Positions 62,296 through 64,000 of a DNA stretch of 64,000 nucleotides are shown here, piece by piece. The translations under genes and the position numbers were made by a program. Each line of letters begins with the position of its first letter. Within the stretch, counting starts at the first letter, position 1. The DNA comes from an uncultured Alphaproteobacteria bacterium (lineage in GTDB: Bacteria > Pseudomonadota > Alphaproteobacteria > Rhizobiales > Xanthobacteraceae), in assembly GCA_963751855.1 (NCBI GenBank), contig CAVVWF010000014.1, positions 56,814 to 120,813 on the forward strand, in the 5' to 3' direction. The notes under the pieces were generated by a model. That model ran no database searches, had not been told where the DNA came from, and saw only the letters and a program-made list of their open reading frames with translations.

Positions 62296-63267
62296 ATGCA
62301 CGATGTAATGCGGCGGCTCGCGTTCACGGCCTTGGGGGTGTTGCTGGCGGGATCCCAGGCAGAGGCACAGGCTTGGCCGGCTAAACCGCTACGCGCGATC
62401 GTGCCGATTGCGCCAGGCAGCATTACCGACATCGTCCCGCGCGTCGTCTTCGAGCAGCTCTCGGCGCAACTTGGACAGACCGTCGTGGTGGAGAACCGTC
62501 CCGGGGGAGCGCAAACGATCGGGGCCAGCGCAGTCGCGAAGTCGGACCCTGATGGCTACACGTTGCTGGCCAACTCCGCCGCACACGTTATCGCGCCTGC
62601 GCTCAACGCGAACCTGAGCTACCATCCGGCGCAAGACTTCGCCGCGGTCATCCCGCTCGGCATCGTGCCGAACGTCTTGGTCGTCTCGTCAGAAAAGGGA
62701 TTCAAGACTGTCGGCGACTTCGTGGCAGCCGCCAAAGTGAAGCCGGGGGCAATGAATTTCGCTTCGGCTGGTGTCGGGACCGCGACGCATCTCAGCGCCA
62801 TGCGTTTCCAGTCGAGCGCCGGCGTGCAAGCGGTGCATGTGCCGTTCAAAGGGGGGCCGGAGGCAATTACCGAGCTGATGGCAGGGCGCGTGGACTTTTT
62901 CTTCGCGCCGGTCGGAGTCGCGCTTCCGTATGTAAAGGAGGGCAAGCTCGTCGCACTCGTTGTGAACAGTGCCGAACGTTCTGGCGCGCTGCCTGACGTT
63001 CCGACAACGTCGGAGGCCGGCTTCACGAATGCCGAATACCCGTTCTGGATCGGCATCTTCTTGCCGGCCAAGACGCCGCGCGAGATTGTCGAGAAGCTTC
63101 ACGACGCGACCCTCAAGGCCCTACAAGCTCCAAAAGTGAAGGATAAGCTCGCTACGCTAGGCGTCGACCCGATGGTGATGACGCCCGCTGAATTCGACGC
63201 GCATGTCCGGAAGGAGATTGCCCTGAACACCGCCTTGGTTGAGGCGATCGGATTGAAGGCGCAGTGA
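62296..63267 (+). CDS. tripartite tricarboxylate transporter substrate-binding protein (Bug/TctC)
   Basis: APGSITD, ENRPGG, PDGYTLL, HVPFKG. Confidence 0.92.
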   Translation: MHDVMRRLAFTALGVLLAGSQAEAQAWPAKPLRAIVPIAPGSITDIVPRVVFEQLSAQLGQTVVVENRPGGAQTIGASAVAKSDPDGYTLLANSAAHVIAPALNANLSYHPAQDFAAVIPLGIVPNVLVVSSEKGFKTVGDFVAAAKVKPGAMNFASAGVGTATHLSAMRFQSSAGVQAVHVPFKGGPEAITELMAGRVDFFFAPVGVALPYVKEGKLVALVVNSAERSGALPDVPTTSEAGFTNAEYPFWIGIFLPAKTPREIVEKLHDATLKALQAPKVKDKLATLGVDPMVMTPAEFDAHVRKEIALNTALVEAIGLKAQ

Positions 63268-63333
63268 ACGAACGTTCTTATTGCGGACTTCGTCGTCGAA
63301 GCGGGCGTAAGCACGGGTTTGCAGCAGGGGCAC

Positions 63334-64000
63334 ATGGACATCTCTTCGACTTTCGTATCGTCGGATGGCGATGGCTACGAACTGCAAATGGGGCGGTGGA
63401 GCCGAAGGCTCGCGCCCCTTTTTGTCGATTTTGCCGGAATCATTCGGGCAGAGAATGTGCTCGATGTCGGTTGTGGAACCGGAAGCTTAAGCTTTTGCCT
63501 TGCACAGAACTCTGCGATCTCCTCGATTTGCGGCGTTGACATATCACCGACGTATATCGAACATGCAAGAAGACAAAACGAAGACCCGCGCGTCACCTTC
63601 CAGCTAGGTGACGCCTGCGCCTTGCCGTTTCCCGAAGCTTCCTTCGACCACACGTTCTCGATGCTGGTCCTTCAATTCATCCCGCAACCAGCTCTCGCAG
63701 TGCGCGAGATGTGTCGTGTCACTCGGTCAGGGGGCACCATCGCCGCCGCCACTTGGGACACGGGTGGTGGTCTCTTGACCTATCGGATGATATTCGACAC
63801 GGCCGCGATGTTCGACCCCGACGGAAATGCGTTGAGGAGTAGAGCCTACGGGAGACCACTGCGCCGGTCCGGGGAGTTAGCCCGAGCATGGCGTGAAGCC
63901 GGCTTAAGCGACGTCGTCCAGGACATGTTGACGATCCGCATGGACTTCGAATGCTTTGCGGATTTCTGGGCGCCTTCGGAGGGCAGCGACGGACCAGTCG
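63334..64000 (+). CDS. class I SAM-dependent methyltransferase (runs off the window)
   Basis: YELQMGRWSR, VLDVGCGTG, LPFPEASFD, read by eye. Confidence 0.85.
   Translation, partial: MDISSTFVSSDGDGYELQMGRWSRRLAPLFVDFAGIIRAENVLDVGCGTGSLSFCLAQNSAISSICGVDISPTYIEHARRQNEDPRVTFQLGDACALPFPEASFDHTFSMLVLQFIPQPALAVREMCRVTRSGGTIAAATWDTGGGLLTYRMIFDTAAMFDPDGNALRSRAYGRPLRRSGELARAWREAGLSDVVQDMLTIRMDFECFADFWAPSEGSDGPV

Overview
GC-rich alphaproteobacterial DNA (Bradyrhizobium/Xanthobacteraceae-like by gene content; an inference) forming an accessory mosaic with no rRNA, tRNA, CRISPR array or integrase seen. It holds a prophage early-region remnant with a three-operator switch (7.6-10.8 kb), a nucleoside deoxyribosyltransferase followed by four tandem DUF3551-like Cys peptides, a RelE/XRE toxin-antitoxin pair, a TPR-CHAT protease cluster, an SOS/SRAP module, a redox island (catalase, SorAB, oxalate decarboxylase, Usp, GST), one IS1182 and two IS1111-group IS110 elements. 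About a dozen genes carry single-base frameshifts, probably long-read errors. Three signals stand out. (1) Six cargo blocks are each bracketed by a diverged duplicate of a neighbouring gene's 5' or 3' end. (2) A family of short GTCCGC..GCGGAC-type hairpins punctuates cargo modules and is the landing site of all three IS copies. (3) The IS1111 right end encodes a readable bridge/seek RNA whose putative guides match those hairpins and the element's own circle junction. All family calls come from motif recognition by eye; no searches were run.
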